Shown here: positions 1 to 11,490 of the stretch, one piece after another
Layout: the number at the start of each line of letters is the position of its first letter
Numbering within the stretch: the first letter of the stretch is position 1
Assembly (NCBI GenBank): GCA_002269645.1
Contig: NIVC01000792.1
Location: 1-64,000 of the forward strand
Length of the DNA: 64,000 bases
Direction: 5' to 3'
Source of the DNA: Macrostomum lignano
Lineage: Eukaryota
Made by a program: the position numbers and the translations under genes
Notes under the pieces: model-generated
Told to the model about the DNA's origin: nothing
Seen by the model: the letters and a program-made list of their open reading frames with translations, nothing else
The model's database searches: none

Positions 1-330
1 TTATTTTCTATCCCACCACCAGTGGGCCTAAATTATCGATCCACACCCTGCTTATACGAAACTGATATTAACCCTATTCCAGACTACCCCCCTTCCTCCA
101 CTTTGAAAGATAGCGGCATTGCACACTGTCTGTCGCGTCTTAATGTACACCATTACTGCACAAAACAAGTTAGTTGTTTATGGCGTTAGCAAAACGATGT
201 CTTAAAAAACAGTCACTCGATTTGTCTAATTTAGCAAATAATACTGTTGCTTCCTTTCATTGCTACTAAGCAGAAAGTAGAATAAAAAACTTGCCCAGAA
301 AATTAGCCTGAGTGGCCTATCTAGTGTTTA

Positions 331-420
331 TCCTATATACTAAAATGAAATGTGTGTCTCTGTGAGATAGATTTCAGAAAAAACGGCTTAACCGATTTTC
401 TTCAAACTTGCACCATTCGA
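331..420 (+). mobile_element. possible 5' part of a non-autonomous Helitron-like element
   Basis: TCCTATATACTAAAATGAAATGTGTGTCTCTGT...AAAACGGCTTAACCGATTTTCTTCAAACTT resembles the 5' region of invertebrate non-autonomous Helitron-like repeats; no 3' hairpin/CTAG end located. Confidence 0.3.
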
Positions 421-909
421 TCAGAAATTTTCCTGGGACGGTACATGCATCTTGGCTAAGAAATTGCTCAATTTTAAAGGATTAAATATTCGAAAAACAT
501 GCTTTTTTGCAAAGGTCAAGCAGCTCTTTCGACCTGAAATGCATTGTAAGAATGCTAGAGAAAAACTGACTGACTGAATTCTGATTCTGACAAAGATTGC
601 ATCACAACAAGTTGAAAACAGTGCCGAAGAAATGCACACACGACTTGAATGAAATTGCGTAACCATATTGGCAACTTAAATTGAGACTGATTCTGGCTGA
701 CTGAGAAATTGATTATGTCATAACTTTTTACTCCAATTGACTTGCTGTAAGAATTGAATTATAAGGGACACAATTTATGTTCTCCAATTGAAAAAGATAG
801 CCCAGATGCGAACAGACTGGAATGCTAATGTAGCGACTTGGGTTCGAATCTTAGTAGGGCAAAAAAGATTTTTTTTTATTAAAACACCTTAAAAACACAA
901 AACTTCTAA

Positions 910-3510
910 ACATAAAAGAAGCGCAATGTCAAACATAGAAGAGCCACATGTCGAACATAAAAGAGCTAACATATCGAATATTAAAGAGCCACCATGTCAA
1001 ACCTAAACGAGCCACCATGTCTAATATTTAAGAGGCACCATATAAAACATATAAGTGACTTTATGTCAAACATAAAAGAGCCACCATTTCTAACATTAAA
1101 CAGCCACCATTTCGAACATTAAAGAGCCACCATGTCGAAAATAAAAGTCACTATTTCGAACATCAAAGAGCCACTATGTCAAACATTTAGGAGCCACTTT
1201 TTCGAACATTAAAGAGCCACCATGTCAAACATAAAAGAGCCAACATGTCAAACATAAAAGAGCCAACATGTCAAACATAAAGAGCCACCATGTCAAACAT
1301 TTAAGAGCCACCATGTCAAACATATATGTGACTTTGTGTTAAACATTAAAGAGCCACCATTTCGAACATTAAAGAGCCACCATGTCAAACATGAAAGAGC
1401 TATAACATGAAGAATATTAAAGAGCCACCATGTCGAACATAAAAGAGCTGCCATGTAAAATAACAAAGAGCTACCAAGTTAAACATAAAGAGCCACCATG
1501 TAAAACATTAAAGAGCCACCATGTGAAACATTAAAGAGCCACATTGTCAAACCTAGAAGAGCCACCATGTCGAACATAACAGAGCTACCATGTCAAACAT
1601 TAAAGAGCCACCATGTCAAACATTCAAAAGTTACATTGTCAAACATTGAAGAGCCACTATGTCAAACATTTAGGAGCCACTTTGTCGAACATTAAAGAGC
1701 CAACATGTCAGACATTAAAAAAGCCACCGTATCAAATAAAAAGAGTTAACATGTAGAACAAAAAAGAGCCACCATTTCGAACATAAAAGAGCCAACATGT
1801 CAAACATAAAGAGCCACCATGTCAAACATTTAAGAGCCACCATGTCAAACATATATGTGACTTTATGTCAAACATTAAAGAGCCACCATTTCGGACATAA
1901 CAGAGCTACCATGTAAAACATTAAAGAGCCACCATGTCAAACATTAAAGAGCCACCATGTCGAACATAAAAGAGCCACCATGTCAAACCTAAAAGAGCCA
2001 CCATGTCGAAAATAAAAGAGCCACTATTTCGAACATTAAAGAGCCACCATTTCGAACATTAAAGAGCCACCATGTCGACCATAAAAGCCACTATTTCGAA
2101 CATTAAATATCCACCATGTCAAACATAAAAGAGCCAACATGTCAAACATAAAAGAGCCAACATGTCAAACATAAAGAGCCACCATGTCGAAAATGAAAGA
2201 GCCACTATTTCGAACATTAAAGAGCCACCATTTCGAACATTAAAGAGCCACCATGTCGACCATAAAAGAGCCACCATGTCAAACATGAAAGAGCTATAAC
2301 ATGAAGAATATTAAAGAGCCACCATGTCGAACATTAAAGAGCCACCATGTCGAACATTTAAGAGCCACCATGTTAAACCTAAAAGAGCCACCATGTTAAA
2401 CCTAAAAGAGCCACCATGTTAAACCTAAAAGAGCCACCATGTTAAACCTAAAAGAGCCACCATGTCAAACCTAAAAGAGCCACCATTTCGAACATATAAG
2501 TGACTTTATGTCAAACATTAAAGAGCCACCATGTCAAACATTAAAGAGCCACCATGTAAAACAAAAGAGCCACCATTTCGAACATTAAAGAGCCACCATG
2601 TCAAACATTTAAGAGCCACCATGTTAAACATAAAAGAGCCACTATGTTGAACATTAAACAGCCATCATGTCAAACCTAAAAGATCCACAATTTCGAACAC
2701 TTAAGAGCCACAATGTAGAATATTAAAGAGCTACCATGTCAAACATTTAAGAGCCACCATGTCAAACATTTAAGAGCCACCACGTAAAACATTAAAGAGC
2801 CACCATTTGAAACATTAAAGAGTCACCATGTCAAACATTTAAGAGCCACCATGTCAAACATTTAAGAGCCACCATGTCAAACCTAAAAGAGCCACCATGT
2901 CAAACCTAAAAGAGCCACCATGTCGAACATAAAAGAGCCACCATGTCAAACCTAAAAGAGCCACCATGTCGAACATAAAAGAGCTATACCATGAAAAAAA
3001 TTAAAGAGCCACTATCTCGAACATTAAAGAGCCACCATGTCAAACATTTAAGAGCCACCATGTCAAACATTTAAGAGCCACCATGTCAAACCTAAAAGAG
3101 CCACCATGTCAAACCTAAAAGAGCCACCATGTCGAACATAAAAGAGCTATACCATGAAAACATTAAAGAGCCACTTTCTCGAACATTAAGGAGCCACCAT
3201 GTCAAACATTTAAAAGTCACCTTGTCAAACATTAAATAGCCACTTTGTCGAACATTAAAGAGTCACTGTGTCAAACATAAAAGAGCCACTGTTTCAAACA
3301 TAAAAGAGCCACCAGGTTAAACATTCAAGAGCCACCATGTCAAACAATAAAGAGGCACCATGTCAAACATAAAAGAGCCACCATGTCTGACATTAAAAAG
3401 CCATCGTTTCAAACATAAAACAGTTGCCATGTAGAACTTAAAACAGCCACCATGTCAAACATAAAATTTACACAATTTCAAACATAAAAGTAAGCGAATT
3501 TTAAAGGAGC
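910..3510. repeat. minisatellite, ~21-22 bp unit (AAAGAGCCACCATGTCAAACAT), >100 diverged copies
   Basis: Directly visible tandem units with substitutions and 1-nt indels. Confidence 0.97.
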
Positions 3511-3555
3511 CACTATAATGCTAAGGAAATTATCGCACTAGCTACTTATTGTCTG

Positions 3556-4010
3556 GTGGATGCTTGCTATTTGGGGATGCTATCTATGTAGGGGATGCTT
3601 GCTATCTGGCGGATGCTTGCTATCTGGGGGATGCTTGCTATCTGGGGGATGCTTGCTATCTGGGGGTTGCTTGTAATCTGGAAGATGCCTGCTATCTGGC
3701 GGATGCTTGCTATCTGGGGGATGCTTGCTATCTGGGGGATGCTTGCTATCTGGGGGATGCTTGCTATCTGGGGGATGCTTGCTATCTGGGGGATGCTTGC
3801 TATCTGGGGGTTGCTTGTAATCTGGAAGATGCTTGCTATCTGGCGGATGCTTGCTATCTGGAAGATGCTTGCTATCTGGCGGATGCTTGCTATCTGGGGG
3901 ATGCTTGCTATCTGGGGGATGCTTGCTATCTGGGGATGCTTGCTATCTGGGGGTTGCTTGTAATCTGGAAGATGCTTGCTATCTGGGGGATGCTTGCTGT
4001 CTTGGGATGA
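3556..4010. repeat. minisatellite, 18 bp unit (GGGGATGCTTGCTATCTG), ~25 copies
   Basis: Direct tandem repeat; explains the 6-aa periodic ORFs at 3549-4030. Confidence 0.97.
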
Positions 4011-4247
4011 TTTCTTTTTGCTTCCTTTGAGTATTTTGTCTGTTTTTTTTTGTGAAGGCCTTTTTTGGCTATCTTTTTGCTACTTGTAGAGAACAGAGGT
4101 TCTATACAGATGTCCCCAACGGGGGGCGAAGATTGCTAGTAGTATCTGTGGTTTACAGTACTTTTACATATGGTCATAATTATAAACAACTACCTTTGTC
4201 GCGACTCGCGAGGGCCTTTCAATGTATAGCGTTTCAATGCAGCATGG

Positions 4248-4946
4248 TGTGACGAATAAAGGCGGGAAGACGTACGGTTTGTGTAGCGGTTAAATTTAAT
4301 AATCTAGAGCCAGCAGCCGATTTCCCTTAGCGTAAATTGCAGATTTCAGATTTGGTATGTTGAATTAAAGGTTAGGTTTGGATTGGTAGCTGCTTAATTT
4401 TAGTGCGACTAAAGCAATTGAAAGCAATTGAAGGGGCCGCGAGAAGCGGAGCGAAAACCCAGTAGCGAAGGGAGAGAGCGGCGGCTGACTGCAAGGGTAT
4501 ATTTAATTGGTAGGTAAACAGATAACAATTACAACACCCCTAATCCAAAACCCAAACCCCCACGCGGCGCGCAATGTACATGTACAAATTAATCGATAAA
4601 TATATCATGCAAGAATAACATACGTCAGTACATGTACATAGGTAGAACTACTTTACGATAAATAATAACGATATGAATGAAATACAAATGCAGCCAGAGC
4701 AGCTGCGTTCTTAGTATAAATATTGTATAAACATTGTATAAATACATACGAGGCTACAAAGTAAAAAACAAAGCAATTAACAGTAAAAATAGCGCGATAA
4801 TAATACGTACGAATTAAAATACGTAGCGGTTAAAATACGTAGCGCCGTAGCGGTTAAAATAAATGAAAGAATACAGTAGTAGTAGTACGGTATGCATGTG
4901 AAAATAAAGAAATACAATACACGCTTCTACGAATCACACTGTCACA
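4248..4946 (+). mobile_element. solo LTR (699 bp), copy 1
   Basis: Starts TGTGAC, ends GTCACA, flanked by 4-bp direct repeat ATGG (4244-4247, 4947-4950); alignable by eye along its length with the reverse complement of 17938-19454. Confidence 0.85.
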
Positions 4947-5234
4947 ATGGTATTGCACAGTTGACTCTTTGAATGTCAAATTTTCGTAGAAAACATGTGT
5001 ATATCAAATGAAAAGAAGCTTAATTGAGGAGAAATAATTTCTCGTCGGATTTAATTATTGTCCCTAAATTTTCAAATATGTAGCTAAGTCACGTTTCACG
5101 TTTGAAATTTCAGGCTCCCTTTTTCTCCCAAGTCCCAAACAAAGTCTACCCACTTTTTATATCATACAATCTCTTTCATTGACTGTCATCCTTCTGTCTA
5201 GTTATCTTGGCCAGGGAGCGAGCTCCTCGAGACG

Positions 5235-5554
5235 AAGGGGTCGAACTATACGGCCCACGGGCTCTCTTCTAAGTCCCATCCTCTCTCCCTTCTCCTCTCC
5301 TTTGTCTCCTCTTCACTCTCCTCTCAACCCTCATCTCCTCTCGTTTCTTCACTCCTCTCTTCTCTTCTGTCTTTCTCCTCTCTATCCTTTCTTCTCTTCT
5401 CTTCTCTCTTCTCTTCTCTAATCGATTCGATCTCATCTCTTTTTCTTCTCTCTCCCCGTTCCCTCTCACTTCCTCTTTCATCTCATCCAGCCCGTAACAA
5501 TGATCTAGATTCTTTTATCTGGCAATTGAGGTAAAAAAAGTTTGCCGAGCCCTG
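5235..5554 (+). mobile_element. degenerate hAT (Charlie-like) MITE enclosing a CT-rich tract
   Basis: Left end AGGGGTCGAACTATACGGCCCACGGGC and right end AAGTTTGCCGAGCCCTG resemble Charlie-type MITE ends; CT-rich 5290-5480 inside; no clean 8-bp TSD. Confidence 0.5.
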
Positions 5555-5870
5555 TGCTAAAGCATTGTTGAGAAAGTTTCTTCAAGTTTAGTGAAAATAT
5601 AGTTAGTATGTGCAGTACTGATTGCTGATGGGCGCGTCTGAAAAACTATAGCAGTCTAAGTTCGTCCTGGAGCACTTTTTTCTTATCCAACAGTTTTCAG
5701 ACACGGTCGACGATTGGCTGCTATGGGATAGACTGTTCTCAGGCTTACCTGTGCCCTCACTCCTGTTACTTTTTTGGATAAAGGGGATAACATGCCATGT
5801 CTATGTAGGACTATATAGCAGTCAAAACATTTTGGAAGATAGTAGCTAAAACAACGGCCTAAAGACGCAA

Positions 5871-6976
5871 ATGGATCAAATTCGCGGCAAGACTGTCAGC
5901 GACAGCAAAAACTTTACTGACGGCGCGGCCGGTGGAGCAGGCACGGGACTAGCAGAGGTGGCCGCCTTTAGTATTACACTTGGTTTGAGTTGTCTGGCAT
6001 GCATCATGAACGCAGCTGCTCTGGCTGCATTGCTCACCGCCGGCAAAGGACTTAGAAGGCGGTGTAACCAGCATGACTGCAGTACACCGTTGCCTACCAC
6101 TCTCCGAGAGCGAGCTTGCGGAGTGCCAGCCCTCACTGGACTGGAAGTGGCGCTGAACTGCCTCCTGGCTGGCTATCTTCTCTGCCAGCGCTTGTTGTCA
6201 CCTCGCGCTGGCCTCTTACTGCACGGTGTACAGACGGTGCGCAACCATTGGCTACTGTGCGTGACATCTACCGCGCCGCTGCGCTCCTTCGTCCATCGAT
6301 CGCTGTGGCGGCAGCTGGAACCCGCACTCAGATTGCCGTGCTTGTTAGTCTGTCGATGCTTGCCACTGCAGTGCTTGGCGGCGTCGATCTCAGCAACAGC
6401 GTCGTCGACGATCGCGAGAACGGCGACTTTATAGTGGGAAATTTTACTTCGGCCGAGTTTGCGGCGGTGCGAGAGGAATTGCGGCGCTACCTGAGCTTCG
6501 CCTGTTTCGGCGTGCTTTTCCCGGGCTTGAGTATCCTGGTGCTTACCGGTCGCATCGCGTACAGCCTGCGGGTTCGCTTCGCCTATCACCGAAGTAGCAA
6601 GCGGGCCAGCAAGATGGTCCTACTAATGGCGGGCGGATTCGTTCTGCTTGAGTTTCCTTTCGCTCTATGCTACGTGATCACTGCGGGCTACGTGCTGCAT
6701 GGGCTAAGCGGTCCTGGCCTCAACTCGAACACGCTGAGCCTGCTGGAACACTTTACAAACTGGGGCGGCGTCTTTCAGCCCATTGACTCCTGCCTGAACT
6801 TCTTCCTGCTTGTCCGGTACAGCCGATCGGTGGGTAGCAGTTGGTGCTTCCAGCAACAGAGGCACGACCCGCCCCATCGCCGATGCGATCGGCAGCGCTG
6901 CGACGGAGACGCCAGTGCCAACAACGAAGCCATTGAAATGCATCGACTCATTCGGGCCGACGATCATTTTGGTTGA
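5871..6976 (+). CDS. intronless class A peptide-type GPCR (FMRFamide/myosuppressin-receptor-like) split by one frameshift near 6250-6271
   Basis: ORF 5871 gives N-glycosylation site NFT and TM1-TM3 (..VQTVRNHWLLCVTS). ORF 6116 continues with RAAALLRP (RYxAVxxP-like), TM4, TM5 (GVLFPGLSILVL), TM6 (FVLLEFP) and TM7 (DSCLNFFL). Adding 1 nt restores ~368 aa. Confidence 0.8.
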
Positions 6977-8004
6977 ATGCTGAAGAATTAGTCGAACTAC
7001 TGGCGTTTAGACCGTGAAATACAATGTTTGAGGGTGTTGAAATTAGCATTGTTTTCATTCAAGTCTCTTTGGTACTCTTCTGAATTTCTATAAAATTTCT
7101 ATAAAAATTATAAAATATGTTTATTTTACGTCGTACGCCTCCTTGAAATTTTCTTCAACGAATTGACTTATTGAGCCCCCTACTTGTAGTGGCAACTTTA
7201 CAAGCTCATGTGAGCTACTTTACCTTATTGTTTTTGTCTCCTGCCCTATAATTATTAGCAAAATTATCTCTAATTGTAATTAATTGTGGCCGCATATACG
7301 ACCTAATCAAGTTTCTGTTTTTGTTGTTTATTACATTAGCACCTGTCAACGCACCTGTTATCATCTTTAGCAACACAGTAATCATAATCATCTTTCCAAA
7401 CCAAAATTTTTTCCGATCCTTCAAACAAACCGGTTGTAAATATTTATCTACTGACGGCCTCTGCATAAAAAATTCATTAGACTCACTAGCCCCGACTATA
7501 TCCTAGATTACCTATTTTACTCCCGCTAATTGCAAAACTCAGTTGCCTCCGTGTTGTCACCGGCATGTTGAAAGTTCTTTTTTTAGCTTTTAGTGTGATT
7601 TCTAGTTTGACTATTGATTAGCAGTGACGTAGCCTTTGCACAAATTTTTACTTTGATTTATCGCTCTATGCATTGCTCATATACGCGTAAGATATGTCAT
7701 CAACTCCGAATGCACAAGGCAAGGTGTTTTTTAATCCGAAATTTAACCTTGGATTGAAGGATTTATGAAGCCTATTGATGTCATTTGAGACATCTGGCTC
7801 ACCTTTAATTAGACGAAAAAATCAAGCAAAAAACCTGATTCACAGACCTTAAAATTCAAGTGTGCCATCACTGGCGTGGGGCTGTATTGCCTCGCTCAGT
7901 CATATGAATTTGAAAATGCACTGATATAGCTAAAGCCGGGTGAAAGCATCCTCGAGTATGCACAGGCTTACGCAGTCAGCTGATGCGTCAGGCTCTGAAA
8001 AGGT

Positions 8005-8177
8005 TGTAGTGAAACTACAACTTAACTTAGATTTGAATTGCAATATATTTTATGAGTTAACGACGAGAAGGCTTGGGGCGAGAAACTTAACTGCGAGAAA
8101 GAACTGTAAAAGGAAATTAGTCTATGGTAATTTATGACAAACTGAGTTGCAAATAAAAAGTACAACAAAATTACCCA
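8005..8177 (-). repeat. 3' LTR of the Gypsy element
   Basis: Direct repeat of 11299-11490; adjacent polypurine tract GGAGGGGGGAG on the minus strand. Confidence 0.93.
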
Positions 8178-8432
8178 TACGACTCCCCCCTCCAATTGCG
8201 GAGCACGGGGAAAAGAGACTGTAACTGAATTATAAAATGGTGGAATGGCTTAAATTATTGAAACGAAGCGGTTATACAGTTGAAATACGAGATAAATTTT
8301 ATATGAGGGGTTGAACATTGAGAAATATTGAGAACATTGGAACAGCAGTCAGTAGACGTTATACATTACAAGGTTAATAATAAATGTAATCATTATGGCG
8401 TCGGAATTGGACTCGGCGGCCGCTAGAGGTCG

Positions 8433-10320
8433 CTATAGGAGGTGATGAGTCCCTCGGTTCTTCTGGTTTGGCGGCTTTTTCCGGCAGCGAGTTCGCGGCG
8501 GCTGAACAGCCGACTTCGGAAGCGAAAGTCGCGCCGGCTTGAGGCGATCGATAGAGACAGATTCGGTGTTGCCTGACGGTAGGAAAATAACGAAGAACTT
8601 GTCAGTTCGCTGTTTCACGCGATACGGCCCTGAGTACGGCGCCTCGAGTGGCGACCGCACGCGATCGACCCGAACCCAGACGAATTCAGCCATTTCCAGG
8701 TCCTTGGGTACACGTAGCTCCGTGGTTCGTGCGTCTTCGCGTGTGGACTCGGTAACTCTGTCAGCAGTTCCTGCAGCCGTGTCCGAATGTCCGTTGGGGC
8801 GAGTGGTTCAGAAGTTAGAATGCGCGGAACCATCGGAAGCTCGCCGGTAACCCTGGTGAACGGTGATATTCCTTGGTCGTCAGGTGCGACGTGCATCGCG
8901 AGGAGAGCCACAGGTAGGTCTGTCAGCCAGTCATTGCCTCGGCACGTAGCATCGTCTTCAGGGTGCGATGGGCTCGCTCGACCTTGCCATTGGTTTGAGG
9001 GTGGTAGGCCGTTGTGCGTAATCGATGAAAACCAATTGATGACGAGACGAGTGAAAGAATTCTGATTCGAACTGGCGCCCCCGATCAGTGATTACATACA
9101 GTGGCACTCCGTAGCGCGAGACCCAAGACGAGACGAATGCATGGGCGACTACTTCCGCGGTTATTGATTCCAGTGGTGTAGCTTCTAGCCAGCCAGTCGA
9201 GCGGTCGACCATCGTGAGAAGGTAGCGGGCAGACTGGTGGCCAAAGGTGGTAGCATTAGCTGGTGGAAGTGGTCCCACAATATCGATGTGTACCGCCTCA
9301 ATGCGATTTGATGGTAATGCGAAGGCCTGTTGCGGGGAGACAGTGTAGCGAGTGACTTTACTCCGTTGGCAGTCCTGGCAGTTCCAGCAGGAGGTCTTGA
9401 TGGACTTGCGCATTCCGGGCCAAAAGTAACGTTCTGTGATGAGTTTTGCTGTTTTACGGTAGCTGAAATGACCAAGTCGATGGAAGGAGGCAATTACGGC
9501 GTCGCGGAGAGACGGCGGAATGATCGGGCGAGGATACGGCGTTGACGTCTCACACCAAACGACGACGTCTTTGTCCAGAGAATACGATCGAATATTTGGT
9601 GCAGGTGAGAACGACTCCGGTCGTTGTGCTTCAGCGATACTGGGCAGATCAACAGGGAATTGGCTTGATGGGGCAGCGACTACAGCGACTGTTGCGATGT
9701 TGGACACGTGATCATTGACTGGGAAGTCAGGCAGTCGAGAAAGGGCATCAGCTATTACGTTGTCTGCACCGCGAATGTACTGGACATCTGCCACGTACTC
9801 GGACAAGACGGTCAAGTAGCGCTGATTGCGATCTGACGTAGTGGTGCGATTGGCGTGGAAGGCCTGAGCTAGTGGTTTATGATCGGTGAACAAGGTCACG
9901 CTCAGTCCTTCAATGAGGTTGCGGAAGTGCAACACTGCCAGGTACGCCGCGAGTAGTTCTCGGTCGAACGTGCTGTACGTCCTTTGAGATGACGACAACT
10001 TTTTGCTGAACATGCCAAGAGGTGACGTTCCGTTGAAGAGGTTTGATGCAGAACGGCACCAACACAGTCGGCTGAGGCATCAGTGTACAGGTGGTACGCA
10101 GTACAGTTGGGGTCCGGATGATGCAGCAGTAGTCTCTCTGAGAGAGCTTGTTTGATGTTTTCGAAAGATTTCTGATGCTGCTCTGTCCATTGGAAGTTTC
10201 CTGCTGACTGTAGTGATGCAGTGAGTAGGTCTTGCAGCGGACAGATGCGGTCGGCAAAGTTGGGAACGAATCGACGGTAGAAACCGACGACACCGAGGAA
10301 GCGCCGAAGTGCGTTTAGTT
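8433..10320 (-). pseudogene. pol: Gypsy pol remnant (RT thumb/connection, RNase H, integrase, GPY/F) in several frames
   Basis: LRRFLGVVGFYRRF; YTDAS..VGAVLHQ; FSKKL..TYSTFDRELLA; FTDHKPL; NVIADALSR; H..H..C..C zinc finger; HIDIVGP; TDRGRQFES; PYSGPYRV. No protease or YxDD core between 10320 and gag. Confidence 0.9.
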
Positions 10321-11240
10321 TAGTTTTCCGGCTGTCGAGAAGGTGATGATGAACGCGACTGAGATGGCGTTTTTTCATTGGGATGCAGCACTCGGATCGG
10401 ACGCGAGCTGTCCTTGGGAAACTGGCACCAGGGGCGACACGACCGAGCACGGTGGCCATAGTAGAGGTGTGAGCGGCAAACGACGGGGCGTTGGCCAGGC
10501 TTAGATGGGTCTGTTCCAGTGGGCTTACCAGGTGCTTGTCGGTATGGAGCTTGCTCAAAGCGCTGTTGGGGTGTCCGATCTGCACCGGCCTGCTGAATTG
10601 GGCAAACTGTCGCTGGCGATGGAGAGCTAAGGCCTCTGACGACCAACATCGAGTCAGCAATCTCGGAAATTTACTGGGATGACTGCTGTTGGAATCCCGA
10701 CAGTGCGATACGAAGGTCCTGTGGAAGACAGCGCATCAGAGTGGCCTTGAGGAGTTCCTCGTCGGGCTGTATCTGGCACTGCTCCATCTTGCTCCGGAGT
10801 TTGCGCATGAAGATTGATGGCTTGTCTCCTCCGAGGTCCGAGACTTGCAATACTTCCGAAACCTTCTCCTGCTTGGACTTTTGCAGAGTCGATGTAATCG
10901 CTGTTTTCAGTTGTTCGTACTGTTTTGGAGTCTGAGCGGACAAGTGCAGAGCCGCGATATCCTCCGGTAGATGAGAGACTAGGTGGTAAAATTTGGCGGT
11001 CTCGTTGGTCACCCTGTTGAGCATAAACTGGGCCTCCAGCGTGAGGAACCATGCTTCCGGGTTGTTGCGATAGAAGATTGGCAGCTTCAGGTGGGCCAGG
11101 GAGACTGAAGCGGTGTCGGCGGCGTTTCCTACTGCATGTGTAACCACTGGAAACTTGGTGCGGCCGAACTTGGTGCGGCTTGCGTGGTTGTAGGTGGTGT
11201 AGGAGCGGAATTGTTGCTTGCACTGTCCGTCATTGGATTT
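10320..11240 (-). pseudogene. gag: Gypsy gag (frameshifted)
   Basis: LKLPIFYRNNPEAWFLTLEAQF..LGGDKPSIFMRKL and C-terminal CRSHLYYGHRARSCRPWC motif are typical of this Gag type; ATG at ~11239 is in another frame. Confidence 0.85.
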
Positions 11241-11298
11241 GTCTTCTGTGAGTATTGAGTATGCGAGTAATATCTTTCGCCGCCTCACCGGACCAATT

Positions 11299-11490
11299 TG
11301 TAGTGAAACTACAACTTAACTTAGATTTGAATTGCAATATATTTTATGAGTTAACGACGAGAAGGCTTGGGGCGAGAAACTTAACTGCGAGAAAGAACTG
11401 TAAAAGGAAATTAGTCTATGGTAATTTATGACAACTTTATGACAATTTATGACAACTGAGTTGCAAATAAAAAGTACAACAAAATACCCA
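11299..11490 (-). repeat. 5' LTR of the Gypsy element
   Basis: Direct repeat of 8005-8177 with extra TTTATGACAA microduplications; PBS follows on the minus strand. Confidence 0.93.

Larger units (their letters stand above)
8005..11490 (-). mobile_element. Ty3/Gypsy LTR retrotransposon, internally deleted (gag, RT thumb/RNase H, integrase, GPY/F)
   Basis: Near-identical LTRs 8005-8177 and 11299-11490 (TG..CA); AAGGT at 8000-8004 and 11492-11496; PBS 11278-11295; PPT 8183-8193; domain order RT-RH-IN. Confidence 0.95.

Noticed and set aside
795-865. tRNA-like segment with GGTTCGAATC B box (similar at ~47745-47800)
   Set aside because: No complete cloverleaf; at most a SINE head or tRNA pseudogene fragment.
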